A stretch of DNA of 64,000 nucleotides, taken from NCBI GenBank assembly GCA_036555485.1, contig DATBLG010000005.1, positions 902 to 64,901 of the forward strand. Reading direction: 5' to 3'. The stretch comes from Gemmatimonadales bacterium. Lineage in GTDB: Bacteria; Gemmatimonadota; Gemmatimonadetes; Gemmatimonadales; GWC2-71-9. Each line of letters opens with the position of its first letter. The first letter of the stretch is position 1. The notes under the pieces were generated by a model. It did no database searches, was not told the origin of the DNA, and saw only the letters and a list, made by a program, of their open reading frames with translations. This document shows, piece by piece, positions 53,187 to 61,818 of this stretch. A program made the position numbers and the translations under genes.

Positions 53187-53629
53187 GATCGCGCCTCGAG
53201 CGCCGCCGTGATCCCGTCCACGATGCCGTCGTAGCCCGTACAGCGGCACAGGTTACCGGCCATGAGCTCCCGGATCGTATGAGTGGTGAGCAGGTCGCGG
53301 TGCGACTGGATCCAGCAGGCCGTCATGGCGACGCCGGGAGTGCAAGCGCCGCACTGCGTCGCTCCGTGGACGAGCAGCGACTCGAGCGCGGCCGGATCGA
53401 GCGATTCGACCGTTTCCACGCGTGCTTCGCGCACCTGGTACGCCGGCACGAGACAGGAGTTGACCGGCAGCCCGTCCAGGTACACGGTGCACGCGCCGCA
53501 CTCCCCTTCCCCGCACCCTTCTTTCGTTCCCGTAAGGCCGAGCCGGTAGCGCAAAGTGTCGAGCAAGCGTTCGGTGGGGTCGACAGAGACCGTGACTGGT
53601 GCCCCGTTTAGAGTAAAAGTGAACGTCAA
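53183..53629 (-). CDS. Molybdenum hydroxylase 2x[2Fe-2S] small subunit
   Basis: It has the cluster motifs CGEGECGACTV and CGACTPG...CRCTGY. A TTG at 53629 gives (M)TFTFTLNGAPVTVSVDP, the usual N-terminus of this family. The ATGs further upstream (53710, 53731) lie inside the repeat element. Confidence 0.75.
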   Translation of the reverse strand: MTFTFTLNGAPVTVSVDPTERLLDTLRYRLGLTGTKEGCGEGECGACTVYLDGLPVNSCLVPAYQVREARVETVESLDPAALESLLVHGATQCGACTPGVAMTACWIQSHRDLLTTHTIRELMAGNLCRCTGYDGIVDGITAALEARS

Positions 53630-53733
53630 TGCGGAGTGCGGAATGCGGAATGCGGAATTGGCCGTTCCGGGCGTCGCATCGCGCTTCGACTCTCCCTTGT
53701 CATTCCGCATTCCGCATTCCCCATTCCGCATTC
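53628..53733. repeat. Heptamer-armed hairpin (GCGGAAT / CATTCCG units) between the large and small subunit genes
   Basis: The left arm gcggagt gcggaat gcggaat gcggaat and the right arm cattccg cattccg cattccc cattccg form a 19-bp perfect stem (53640-53658 with 53702-53720) around a 43-nt loop. The large-subunit stop codon (53700-53702) lies at the start of the right arm. Confidence 0.85.
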
Positions 53734-55913
53734 TCGATAAGCTCCATCAGCCGCTCCGGCGTCAACGGAATCACGCACGGGTCCGCCCCCGTCGCGGCGG
53801 CGACGGCGTTGAGCACGGCAGGAGCCGGGCCGTCCATCGGCAGTTCACCCAGTCCCTTGGCTCCCTGCGCCCCGAACGCGTACGGGTTCTCGAGAAACGC
53901 CACGCGGATTGATGGCAGGTCGTCGCTCGTGGGAATGATGTAGTTGGTGAGCTGGGCGTTGGCCATCGCGCCGTCTTTCCAGCGGCATTCTTCGAGCAAG
54001 GCCCAGCCGATCGCCTGCGCCACGCCGCCCTGCACCTGCCCGCGTGCCAGCAGCTCGTTCAGCACCTTGCCGATTTCCTGCACGGCGACGATGTCGAGTA
54101 CCCGGACGTCGTAGGTGCGGAGATCGACCTCGACCTCGGCGACGTACGCCGCCCAGGCGTACGTGCCGTAAGCATCGCCCCGATAGGCAACGTCGTCCCA
54201 GACGATCCCCGGTGGCCGCTCGTACAGCGCCTCGCCGAGCAGCGTTTCGCCCGGGTGCTTCTTGTACCAGCGGACCAGCGCCGCCCGCACCGCGTCACCC
54301 TTGATGCTGCGGTCGAACCCGAGCTGCTTGCGGAGGTCGTCGCACGCGCGCTCCACCAGGCCCCCCACCACCATCGACGTCCGCGACGCGACGGTGGGTC
54401 CGCTGTTGGGAACCCGCGCCGTGTCGGCGGTGGCGATAATCACGTCCGACGGGCGCAGGCCGAGGCGCGCGGCCGCGAGCTCCGTGAACACCGTGAGCGT
54501 GCCCTGTCCCATCTCGATGTTGGCGCTGCGCACCTCGATCCGTCCGTCCGGCAGTCCCGCCACGTGCACCCGGGACGCGAGCATCACTTCCCCGCTCCCG
54601 GTGAATCCGGCGCCGTGATGGAACGTGGCGAGGCCCATGCCACGGCGTTTCGTGGCGTTGGTCGCGTTGAAACCGGCGTGGGCGGTTCGCTTCGCGTCGT
54701 AGTCCGCCAGCGTGAGCGCCTGGTCGAGAATCGCGAGGCGGTCTGTCCCGTCGGCGATCACCTGGCCGGTGGCGGTGGACTGGCCATCGGCGAGCAAGTT
54801 GCGGCGTCGCAGCTCGGCCGGATCCAACCCGAGACAGGCCGCGATCCGGTGCATGTGGCGTTCGTTCGCGAAGTGGGTCTGCGGCGCGCCGAAGCCGCGG
54901 AACGCGCCGAACGGCACGGCGTTGGTGAACATCGCCCGGCCGTCGATGCGTACGTGCTCGCAATGGTACGGTCCGGCGGCGTGGATGATCCCGCGCGATA
55001 GCACCACAGGAGAGAGCGTTACATAGGCCCCGCCATCCATCACGACTTCGATGTCCTGCGCGAGGAGCCGGCCGTCGCGCGTGACACCGGTCCGGTGACG
55101 CACGAGGGACGGGTGCCGCTTCGTAGTCGCGGCCATATCCTCGCCCCGATCGTACACCACCTTGACGGGCTTGCCGCTCTGCAGCGTGAGCAGCGCGGCA
55201 TGGAGCGCGATCGTCGACGGGTACTCCTCCTTCCCGCCGAACCCGCCGCCCGTGGGCGTCTGGATGACGCGCACCTGCTGCGCGTCGCGGCCGAGGGCGT
55301 GCAGCAACGCCTTCAGGACGTAGTACGGACACTGCATCGAGCCGCGCAGCACCAGGACGCCACCGTCCAGCTCGGCGATCATCCCCTGCGGCTCGAGGTA
55401 CACATGCTCCTGGGCGCCGGTCTCGTAGGTGCCCTCGACCACCAGCGGTGCCTTTGCGAGCGCGCGTTCGACGTTGCCTTTAGAGATAACCAGGTGCTTC
55501 AGTACGTTGTCCGCGCCGTATTGGATCTGATCGGGACGGGGGGCGATGCGGAAATCGAGCACCGCGGGCTCGGGGGCGATCTCGATCGTCACCGCTCGTA
55601 CGGCCCGCCGCAGTGCAGCCCGGTCCGGGTGGGCCAACAGCAGCACCGGTTCGTGGACGTGCCGCACGATGTTCGCGGCGAGCACCGGCTGGTCGGGCTC
55701 GATCAGCGCGATCTCGTTCGGCCCCGGCAGATCGCGATGGTCCACGATGGTGTACTGGGACCAGTCGATCCCCGCCCCGAACCGCACGGCGGTAATCCGC
55801 CCCCGTGGGGCCGGGCTGCGGACCGTCATCCCCCAGAGGAACGAGTCGAGCGGGAGGTCGTCGACGTAGCGCTCGCGGCCGGTGAGCTTGGCGAGGCCCT
55901 CGAGTCGGTGCAT
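53700..55913 (-). CDS. Molybdopterin-binding large subunit of a xanthine dehydrogenase / aldehyde oxidase-family hydroxylase
   Basis: ORF 53700..55952. The ATG at 55913 gives MHRLEGLAKLTGRERYVDD. It has typical Mo-cofactor domains (GGGFGGKE, AQIEMGQGT-like NIEMGQGT). The last 10 aa (NAEWGMRNAE) are encoded by the repeat element. Confidence 0.85.
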   Translation of the reverse strand: MHRLEGLAKLTGRERYVDDLPLDSFLWGMTVRSPAPRGRITAVRFGAGIDWSQYTIVDHRDLPGPNEIALIEPDQPVLAANIVRHVHEPVLLLAHPDRAALRRAVRAVTIEIAPEPAVLDFRIAPRPDQIQYGADNVLKHLVISKGNVERALAKAPLVVEGTYETGAQEHVYLEPQGMIAELDGGVLVLRGSMQCPYYVLKALLHALGRDAQQVRVIQTPTGGGFGGKEEYPSTIALHAALLTLQSGKPVKVVYDRGEDMAATTKRHPSLVRHRTGVTRDGRLLAQDIEVVMDGGAYVTLSPVVLSRGIIHAAGPYHCEHVRIDGRAMFTNAVPFGAFRGFGAPQTHFANERHMHRIAACLGLDPAELRRRNLLADGQSTATGQVIADGTDRLAILDQALTLADYDAKRTAHAGFNATNATKRRGMGLATFHHGAGFTGSGEVMLASRVHVAGLPDGRIEVRSANIEMGQGTLTVFTELAAARLGLRPSDVIIATADTARVPNSGPTVASRTSMVVGGLVERACDDLRKQLGFDRSIKGDAVRAALVRWYKKHPGETLLGEALYERPPGIVWDDVAYRGDAYGTYAWAAYVAEVEVDLRTYDVRVLDIVAVQEIGKVLNELLARGQVQGGVAQAIGWALLEECRWKDGAMANAQLTNYIIPTSDDLPSIRVAFLENPYAFGAQGAKGLGELPMDGPAPAVLNAVAAATGADPCVIPLTPERLMELIENAEWGMRNAE

Positions 55914-55993
55914 AGTGAGGCAATAGTGGGGGAGCGAAGGGGAGGTCCGCAACTGGATATCTTTCCGCCAGCGCCAACTTCGAGGAGCCGATC

Positions 55994-57424
55994 ATGACAC
56001 GCGCCAGGACCGCATCTCGCCCCGCGCGCAGGCCGACCGCTTCGCGCGCCGCCACCATCCGCTCGATCAACCCGACCACCGGTGACGTGCTGGAAACGTT
56101 CACTGAGATCGGGAAGACGGCGCTCGAGGGCCTGCTGGCGGGCGTTGAGCGGGCCTTCCAGGATTGGCGTCGCCGCCCGCTCGCGGACCGCGTCGCGCTG
56201 CTGCGCGGCGCGGCAAAGATCCTGCGAGACGGCAAGACAAAATACGGACGGGTGATGGCGCTCGAGATGGGCAAGCCGCTGCCGCAGGGCGAGGCGGAGG
56301 CGGAGAAGTGCGCGCTGGCGTGCGAATACTACGCCGATCATGCCGAGAGCTTTCTCGCGCGACAACCGCGTGACGTGGAGGGTACGCAGAGCTACGTCCG
56401 CTTCGATCCCTTGGGCCCGGTGCTTGCGGTGATGCCGTGGAATTTCCCGTTTTGGCAGGTGTTCCGGTTCGCCGCCCCGGCGCTGGTGTCAGGCAACGTC
56501 GGCCTCCTGAAACATGCGTCCAACGTGACGCGCTGCGCGTTGTTGATCGAGGGCGTGTTTCGCGAGGCCGGGTTTCCCGAGGACGTGTTCCGCACCCTCG
56601 TGCTGCGCAGTGCAGGGGTGGCCGCCGTAATCGCAGACCCCAGGGTCCGCGCCGTGACGCTCACGGGATCCGAGTCGGCCGGCAGCCAAGTGGCCGAAAC
56701 AGCAGGACGGCACCTTAAGAAGACAGTGCTCGAGCTGGGCGGCAGCGACGCGTTCATCGTGCTCGAGGACGCCGACCTTCCCCGGGCTGCCAAGACCGCG
56801 GCCGACGCCCGACTGATCAACAGTGGACAGAGCTGCATCGCGGCTAAACGGTTCATCGTGGTGCAGGCCGTGGCCAACCGGTTCGAGTCGCTGTTCGTGG
56901 AGGAAATGCGCTCGCGCCGCATGGGAGATCCGCTCGTCCCCGGATCGCAGGTTGGTCCGCAGGCCCGGACCGAGCTGCGTGACGAGCTGCACCACCAGGT
57001 GCAGGTGTCCGTGCGGCGTGGCGCGAAGCTCGCATTGGGCGGCGTCAAGCCAGCGGGGCCCGGCGCCTTCTACCCGCCGACCGTGCTCAGCGCCGTGAAG
57101 CCCGGCATGCCGGCGTTCGATGAAGAAGTGTTCGGACCGGTTGCCGCGGTGATTCGGGCGCGCGATGCGGCCGACGCGGTGCGCCTCGCCAACGCCTCGC
57201 CGTACGGACTCGGCGCCGCCGTGTGGACCGAGGACCAGGCACGCGGCGATCGCATTGCCGGGGAGCTCGACGTGGGGTGCGTGTTCGTGAACGGGATGGT
57301 CAAATCCGATCCACGCCTGCCGTTTGGCGGCGTCAAGCGCTCGGGCTACGGACGCGAGCTGTCCGAGTACGGCCTGCGGGAGTTCCTGAACGTCAAAAGC
57401 GTTTGCGTGGCTGCCTCGTCATGA
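55994..57424 (+). CDS. NAD(P)-dependent aldehyde dehydrogenase, succinate-semialdehyde dehydrogenase-like
   Basis: 476 aa matching ALDH motifs (SINPTTGD, ELGGSDAFIV, GQSCIAAKR, the catalytic Cys, and PFGGVKRSGYGRE). Confidence 0.85.
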   Translation: MTRARTASRPARRPTASRAATIRSINPTTGDVLETFTEIGKTALEGLLAGVERAFQDWRRRPLADRVALLRGAAKILRDGKTKYGRVMALEMGKPLPQGEAEAEKCALACEYYADHAESFLARQPRDVEGTQSYVRFDPLGPVLAVMPWNFPFWQVFRFAAPALVSGNVGLLKHASNVTRCALLIEGVFREAGFPEDVFRTLVLRSAGVAAVIADPRVRAVTLTGSESAGSQVAETAGRHLKKTVLELGGSDAFIVLEDADLPRAAKTAADARLINSGQSCIAAKRFIVVQAVANRFESLFVEEMRSRRMGDPLVPGSQVGPQARTELRDELHHQVQVSVRRGAKLALGGVKPAGPGAFYPPTVLSAVKPGMPAFDEEVFGPVAAVIRARDAADAVRLANASPYGLGAAVWTEDQARGDRIAGELDVGCVFVNGMVKSDPRLPFGGVKRSGYGRELSEYGLREFLNVKSVCVAASS

Positions 57425-59292
57425 CGGACGGTCCCACCCCCGAGTTCGTGGCGCTCAACGCGGCCGTCGCCGGCCGCTACGTGCTGGAGCGTGAGTTGGG
57501 CCGCGGCGGGATGGGCATCGTCTTCCTGGCGCGCGAGGTGGCGCTCGAGCGGCCGGTGGCGATCAAACTGCTACCGCCGCAGCTCGCGACGCCGGAGCTG
57601 GTTGCCGGATTCCTCCAGGAAGCCCGAACGGCAGCCCGGCTCGCCCACCCGCACATCGTCCCGATTCACGCGGTGGAGCAAATCGGTGACCTCGTCTTCT
57701 TCGTGATGGGATATATCCCGGGAATGACGCTCGCCGAGCGCGTGCGCGACCACGGTCAGCTCGCAGCCCCGGAAGTCGCCCGACTCTTGCAAGAGGTGGC
57801 CTGGGCGCTGGCCCACGCGCACCAGCACGGCGTCGTGCACCGTGACGTCAAACCAGAGAACATCCTGCTCGAGCGCGGCACCGGACGGGCCCTGGTCACG
57901 GATTTCGGCATCGCCCGGCTGCAGGGGAGCACCCCTGGGTCGGGATCGGATCGCATCATGGGGACGGCGCGGGTCGTGTCGCCGGAACAGGCCGCGGGAG
58001 AGCCGAGCGATGGTCGCAGCGATCTCTACTCGCTCGGCGTCACCGCGTACTATGCGCTCACCGGCCGCTATCCGTTCGACGCTCTGGATCCGCGTGCGGT
58101 CCTGACGCAGCACATCATGCTGCCCGCCCCCCCGGTGCTGTCTGCCCGTCCGGGTATCCCTCCGGCGCTGGCGGCGGCCATCGACCGCTGTCTCGCCAAG
58201 TCGCCCGAAGGCCGTTTTGCGACCGCCGCCGACTTGGCCGACGCCGTCGCCCCGGTGCGCGAAGGATCGGCCACCCCCTCCACGCTGCAGCGCATCACAC
58301 GGGAAATCTCGGCGTTCGCGATCGATCTCTCGGGGTACGGATCGCTCGCGTTCGTGGCAATCATGACCCAACTGCTCAGGGGCAACGACTTCCTCGGCAT
58401 GGGATTCGTTTACACGTTCGCCGTCGCCCTCGTGCTGCTCTCGCTGACCGCGTTGCGCGGCATGTCGCTGTCCAGGTTGGTGCGGGAAGCCGTGAACGAA
58501 GGATGGACCGAGCAGGACTTGGCGGCCGCCATCGAGCGCGAGGCTCGCATAGCGACGGCCACAACCGCTCCCCCGAGGCCTGGGAGGGCGGCCAGCACTG
58601 CGGTGTTCGCAGCCGGGCTCGCGGCACTGGTGGCGTTCTGGCTGGGACCGAAGGAGCTCGGACAGGTCTCGCTCGAGGGACCGCTCGCCTGGTTGATCGA
58701 GCTTGTCAGCCTGATCGCGCCGGTGGCGCTGGGGCGGTGGATTGGAACGCGTATTGAGGCGCCGCGCGATGGTCGCCCGGGACTGTTCAGCCGCCTGGTC
58801 GCCAGGTTCAAGCTGAAGGGCCTCTTCTGGGCAGCACGACTCGCCTCCCGGCGGTCGGTGCAATCAATACCCACCGGGACCGATCGACACACCGAGGTCC
58901 TGATCGCCGACGCGGCACGTGATCTCCTGCGTGCGCTGCCGGATCCCGAGGGTCGCTTGGGCGGTGTCGAGCAATTGCTGTCGCGGCTCGAAGCCGACGC
59001 CGCCGGCCTACGCGCCCGCCTGGCCGAGCTCGACACGATCGTCGCGCAAGTCGGCGGCGCGGCGTCGACACAACGCGAGGAACTGGTGGGCGATCTCGAG
59101 GCGGCGCGACGCGCGGCCACCGAGCGGCTCGGCACGACCGTGAGTGCTATGGAGACGCTTCGACTCGAGCTGTTGCGCAAACGTGCCGGCCTCGAGACCG
59201 CCGGTGGGTTGACCGGGGACCTCGTCGCGCTCAACGACTTCACCGCCCAAGTTGATGCCGAGATGGAGCTGCGCAAGGAACGGTTGCGTTGA
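57421..59292 (+). CDS. Hanks-type Ser/Thr protein kinase with transmembrane segments and a C-terminal coiled coil
   Basis: The ATG at 57421 forms an ATGA overlap with the ALDH stop. It has the kinase motifs GRGGMGIVFLA, VAIK, HRDVKPENILL and DFGIA, followed by hydrophobic helices and a Leu/Arg/Glu-rich tail. Confidence 0.85.
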   Translation: MTDGPTPEFVALNAAVAGRYVLERELGRGGMGIVFLAREVALERPVAIKLLPPQLATPELVAGFLQEARTAARLAHPHIVPIHAVEQIGDLVFFVMGYIPGMTLAERVRDHGQLAAPEVARLLQEVAWALAHAHQHGVVHRDVKPENILLERGTGRALVTDFGIARLQGSTPGSGSDRIMGTARVVSPEQAAGEPSDGRSDLYSLGVTAYYALTGRYPFDALDPRAVLTQHIMLPAPPVLSARPGIPPALAAAIDRCLAKSPEGRFATAADLADAVAPVREGSATPSTLQRITREISAFAIDLSGYGSLAFVAIMTQLLRGNDFLGMGFVYTFAVALVLLSLTALRGMSLSRLVREAVNEGWTEQDLAAAIEREARIATATTAPPRPGRAASTAVFAAGLAALVAFWLGPKELGQVSLEGPLAWLIELVSLIAPVALGRWIGTRIEAPRDGRPGLFSRLVARFKLKGLFWAARLASRRSVQSIPTGTDRHTEVLIADAARDLLRALPDPEGRLGGVEQLLSRLEADAAGLRARLAELDTIVAQVGGAASTQREELVGDLEAARRAATERLGTTVSAMETLRLELLRKRAGLETAGGLTGDLVALNDFTAQVDAEMELRKERLR

Positions 59293-59351
59293 AAGCGAAA
59301 CGAGCGGCCCGTTACAACCGGACCGCCCGCTCCCGATAGAGATCGCTCAGT

Positions 59352-60272
59352 TCAGTTTTCTTGCGTCGCCCACGCCGCGATCTGGGCGTTGAACCCTTGA
59401 GACAGGACCTTCAGATCGATGGCCCCGATGTTCGGATCTTCCTTCAGCCCGGACACCCGGTCCAGGTTGACCTGCGCCTTCGTGAAATTCGAGTCAGCGG
59501 CCAGCGCCGCGCGATAGGCGTCGGCAGCCGCGACGAAGTGTCCGGTCCGCTCGAGCGCGATACCCAGGTTGTTTTGGAACGTCCCGACCTCGGGCGACAG
59601 CTCCACCGCCCGTGCCAGCGGCCGCAGCGCGTCGTCGAACGCGCCCTGGTTGATCAACACCAGCCCGAGGTTGTTCATCGACCACACATCGGTCGAATCG
59701 AGCAGCAGCGCCTCATGGTAGGCAGTGACTGCCTCATCCAGCTCGCCTTTGGCATCGTGCACGCGGCCGATCAGCCGGTACGCCTCGCCGAGAGTCTCGT
59801 CGATACCCAGCACGATGTTGAGGTAGCCCATCGCCGAATCCGGCTGGCCCGACTCGATCAGGACGCGGCTCAAATTCAAGTAGCTCCTGACGTGCGTGGA
59901 ATCGAGCGCCAGCGCCTGCTTGAACGCGTCCTCGGCGCCCGGGAGGTCGCCGGCCTTCCAGGACGACAGGCCGAGCATGTAGAAGCCCCACGGATTCGAC
60001 GGACGACGGATGGTATACGCGGCGAAGCCAGCCACGGCTTCGTCGTACCGCTTTTCGCGGAAGGCCGTATCGGCTTCCTCGAACGACACAGGAACGATGG
60101 GAGCCGGCGTCACGCTCGAGCCGGTCGTCGATTCCGGCTCCACACTGACGACGACACTCGTGGAATCGGCTTCCCGTGCAATCGCTTGCCTGGGGGTCTT
60201 GTCGCCGCAACCGGCGAGGACCATCAAACCGGTCATCAACCAGGCAGGTGTGTAACGGAACGTGGTACGCAT
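59352..60272 (-). CDS. TPR-repeat lipoprotein
   Basis: 306 aa with a lipobox (MVLAGCG) and at least 5 TPR units. Confidence 0.8.
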   Translation of the reverse strand: MRTTFRYTPAWLMTGLMVLAGCGDKTPRQAIAREADSTSVVVSVEPESTTGSSVTPAPIVPVSFEEADTAFREKRYDEAVAGFAAYTIRRPSNPWGFYMLGLSSWKAGDLPGAEDAFKQALALDSTHVRSYLNLSRVLIESGQPDSAMGYLNIVLGIDETLGEAYRLIGRVHDAKGELDEAVTAYHEALLLDSTDVWSMNNLGLVLINQGAFDDALRPLARAVELSPEVGTFQNNLGIALERTGHFVAAADAYRAALAADSNFTKAQVNLDRVSGLKEDPNIGAIDLKVLSQGFNAQIAAWATQEN

Positions 60273-60306
60273 ACGGCTCTCCTCAGAAGGGGTCGCTCCC
60301 CTCTAA

Positions 60307-60322
60307 GGCAGGCCGGAGACCA
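60307..60322 (-). promoter_or_regulatory. Possible sigma-54 (-24/-12) promoter for the TPR lipoprotein gene
   Basis: The minus strand reads TGGTCTCCGGCCTGCC. The GG and GC cores have canonical spacing (TGG-N9-TGC). The GC lies 36 nt upstream of the ATG at 60272, with gaggagag in between. Only the core dinucleotides match the consensus. Confidence 0.25.
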
Positions 60323-60402
60323 GAAGACGAGACCAGCAGGAGCCTGTCGCAACCCATTGATCGGCAGGGAGTTCGCGGTAGGGCAGAATTCCAACGTGGA
60401 TG

Positions 60403-60456
60403 GTCCGTGTCGCGACGGACACGTAACAGAGGGAGGGACTGTGTCCGGTTGGACAC
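60403..60456. promoter_or_regulatory. Two inverted repeats upstream of the putative sigma-54 promoter (enhancer-like sites)
   Basis: GTCCGT-gtcgcg-ACGGAC (60403-60420) and GTGTCC-ggtt-GGACAC (60441-60456). They lie about 85-135 nt upstream of the -24/-12 candidate and directly after the NtrC-type regulator stop. Confidence 0.3.
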
Positions 60457-61818
60457 TTACTCGCGACTGATCCCGTGCCGCCGCATGATCTTGAGCAGGC
60501 TCGCGTGATCGGCCAGGCCGAGGGCTTCCGCCGTGCGAGTGATATGCCAGTCATGCCGCTCCAGCGCCGCGATGACGATCTGGCGCTCGGCTTCCGCCTT
60601 CAATTCGTGAAACGTTTGCGGCGTGGCACCGGTGCCGACGCGATGGGCGGCGCTGTCGTCCCGGATCTCCGGCGGCACACCGGCAATCCCGATTTCGTCG
60701 GCGTCCGATGCGATCAGCATCCGTTCGAGAATGTTGCGCAGCTCGCGCACGTTGTTGCGGCGCCAGTCGTAGGTCATCAGACATTCGACGGCGGCGCTGG
60801 CCAGCGTCCGAGGGCGCATGCCGAAGCGGGCGCACGTCGCTGCCAGCAGGTGCCGAATCAGCTCCGGGACATCGGACAGCCGCTCGCGCAACGGCGGCAC
60901 CGCCAGCACGTGCACGTTGATCCGGTACAGCAGATCCTCACGAAACCGGCCGGCAGCGACCTCGGCCGCGAGGTCGCGGTTGGTCGCGGCGACCACACGG
61001 GCGTCCACTGCGATCGCCCGTGTCCCGCCGACGCGCGTCACCTGCCGCTGTTCGAGCACGCGTAGCAACTTCGCCTGCGCCGGCGCCGGCAGCTCGCCGA
61101 TCTCGTCGAGAAACAACGTCCCGTGCGCCGCCGCCTCGAACGCCCCTTTGCGCAGCGTCACGGCGCCGGTGAAGGCACCGCGCTCGTGTCCGAACAGCTC
61201 GCTCTCGACCAGCTCGTGGGGAAGCGCCGCGCTGTTGATGGCGACGAGCGGGCCGCGCACGCCGCTCAGCCGGTGTACTTCGCGCGCCACGATCTCTTTC
61301 CCGGATCCGCTCTCCCCGACAATCAGCAGCGGAGACGGGATCCGGGCCACGCGCGCGATCGCGTCCGCGAGCTTCTGCATCGCCGGGCTCGAGCCGACCA
61401 GGGGAGCGTCGCTGTCGAGGTCGCGGCGCAGCGCGGCGACCTCCCGAACGAGGCGCTGGCGTTCGACGGCGTTGGCAATCTCCTGCACCACCCGCTCCAT
61501 CGGCTCGGCCTTGTCGATGAAACTCACGGCGCCGAGTCGGATCGCCTGCGCGCAGCGGTCGTAGTTGCCGGTCCCGGTGTAGACGATCACGGGAACCTTG
61601 ATGCCGCGGTGCTCGACCTGCCGCAGCACCTCGAACCCATCCATCCCCGGCATCTCGAGGTCGAGCAGCACGCAGTCGACCGCTTCCCGGGCCAGCAGGT
61701 CCAACGCCTCGCGGCCGTCGGCCGCGGCCAGCGTCTCGTGTTCCCCGAGCCGCTTCAAGTCGTACGCGTACTGCTCGGCCAGAACCGGGGCGTCGTCCAC
61801 GATCAGTACCAGGCTCAC
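60457..61818 (-). CDS. Sigma-54-dependent response regulator (NtrC family: receiver, AAA+, Fis-type HTH)
   Basis: 453 aa with Walker A (GESGSGKE), the GAFTGA motif (ERGAFTGA) and a C-terminal HTH (ITRTAEALGL). Confidence 0.9.
   Translation of the reverse strand: MSLVLIVDDAPVLAEQYAYDLKRLGEHETLAAADGREALDLLAREAVDCVLLDLEMPGMDGFEVLRQVEHRGIKVPVIVYTGTGNYDRCAQAIRLGAVSFIDKAEPMERVVQEIANAVERQRLVREVAALRRDLDSDAPLVGSSPAMQKLADAIARVARIPSPLLIVGESGSGKEIVAREVHRLSGVRGPLVAINSAALPHELVESELFGHERGAFTGAVTLRKGAFEAAAHGTLFLDEIGELPAPAQAKLLRVLEQRQVTRVGGTRAIAVDARVVAATNRDLAAEVAAGRFREDLLYRINVHVLAVPPLRERLSDVPELIRHLLAATCARFGMRPRTLASAAVECLMTYDWRRNNVRELRNILERMLIASDADEIGIAGVPPEIRDDSAAHRVGTGATPQTFHELKAEAERQIVIAALERHDWHITRTAEALGLADHASLLKIMRRHGISRE

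Noticed and set aside
53629-53943. ORFs that translate the heptamer element as MRSAECGMRN... (plus strand), or that extend the small-subunit gene to MRNGECGMRNDKG... (53731).
   Set aside because: The peptide repeats merely mirror the 7-nt DNA repeat. The family-typical N-terminus of the 2Fe-2S subunit begins right after the element.
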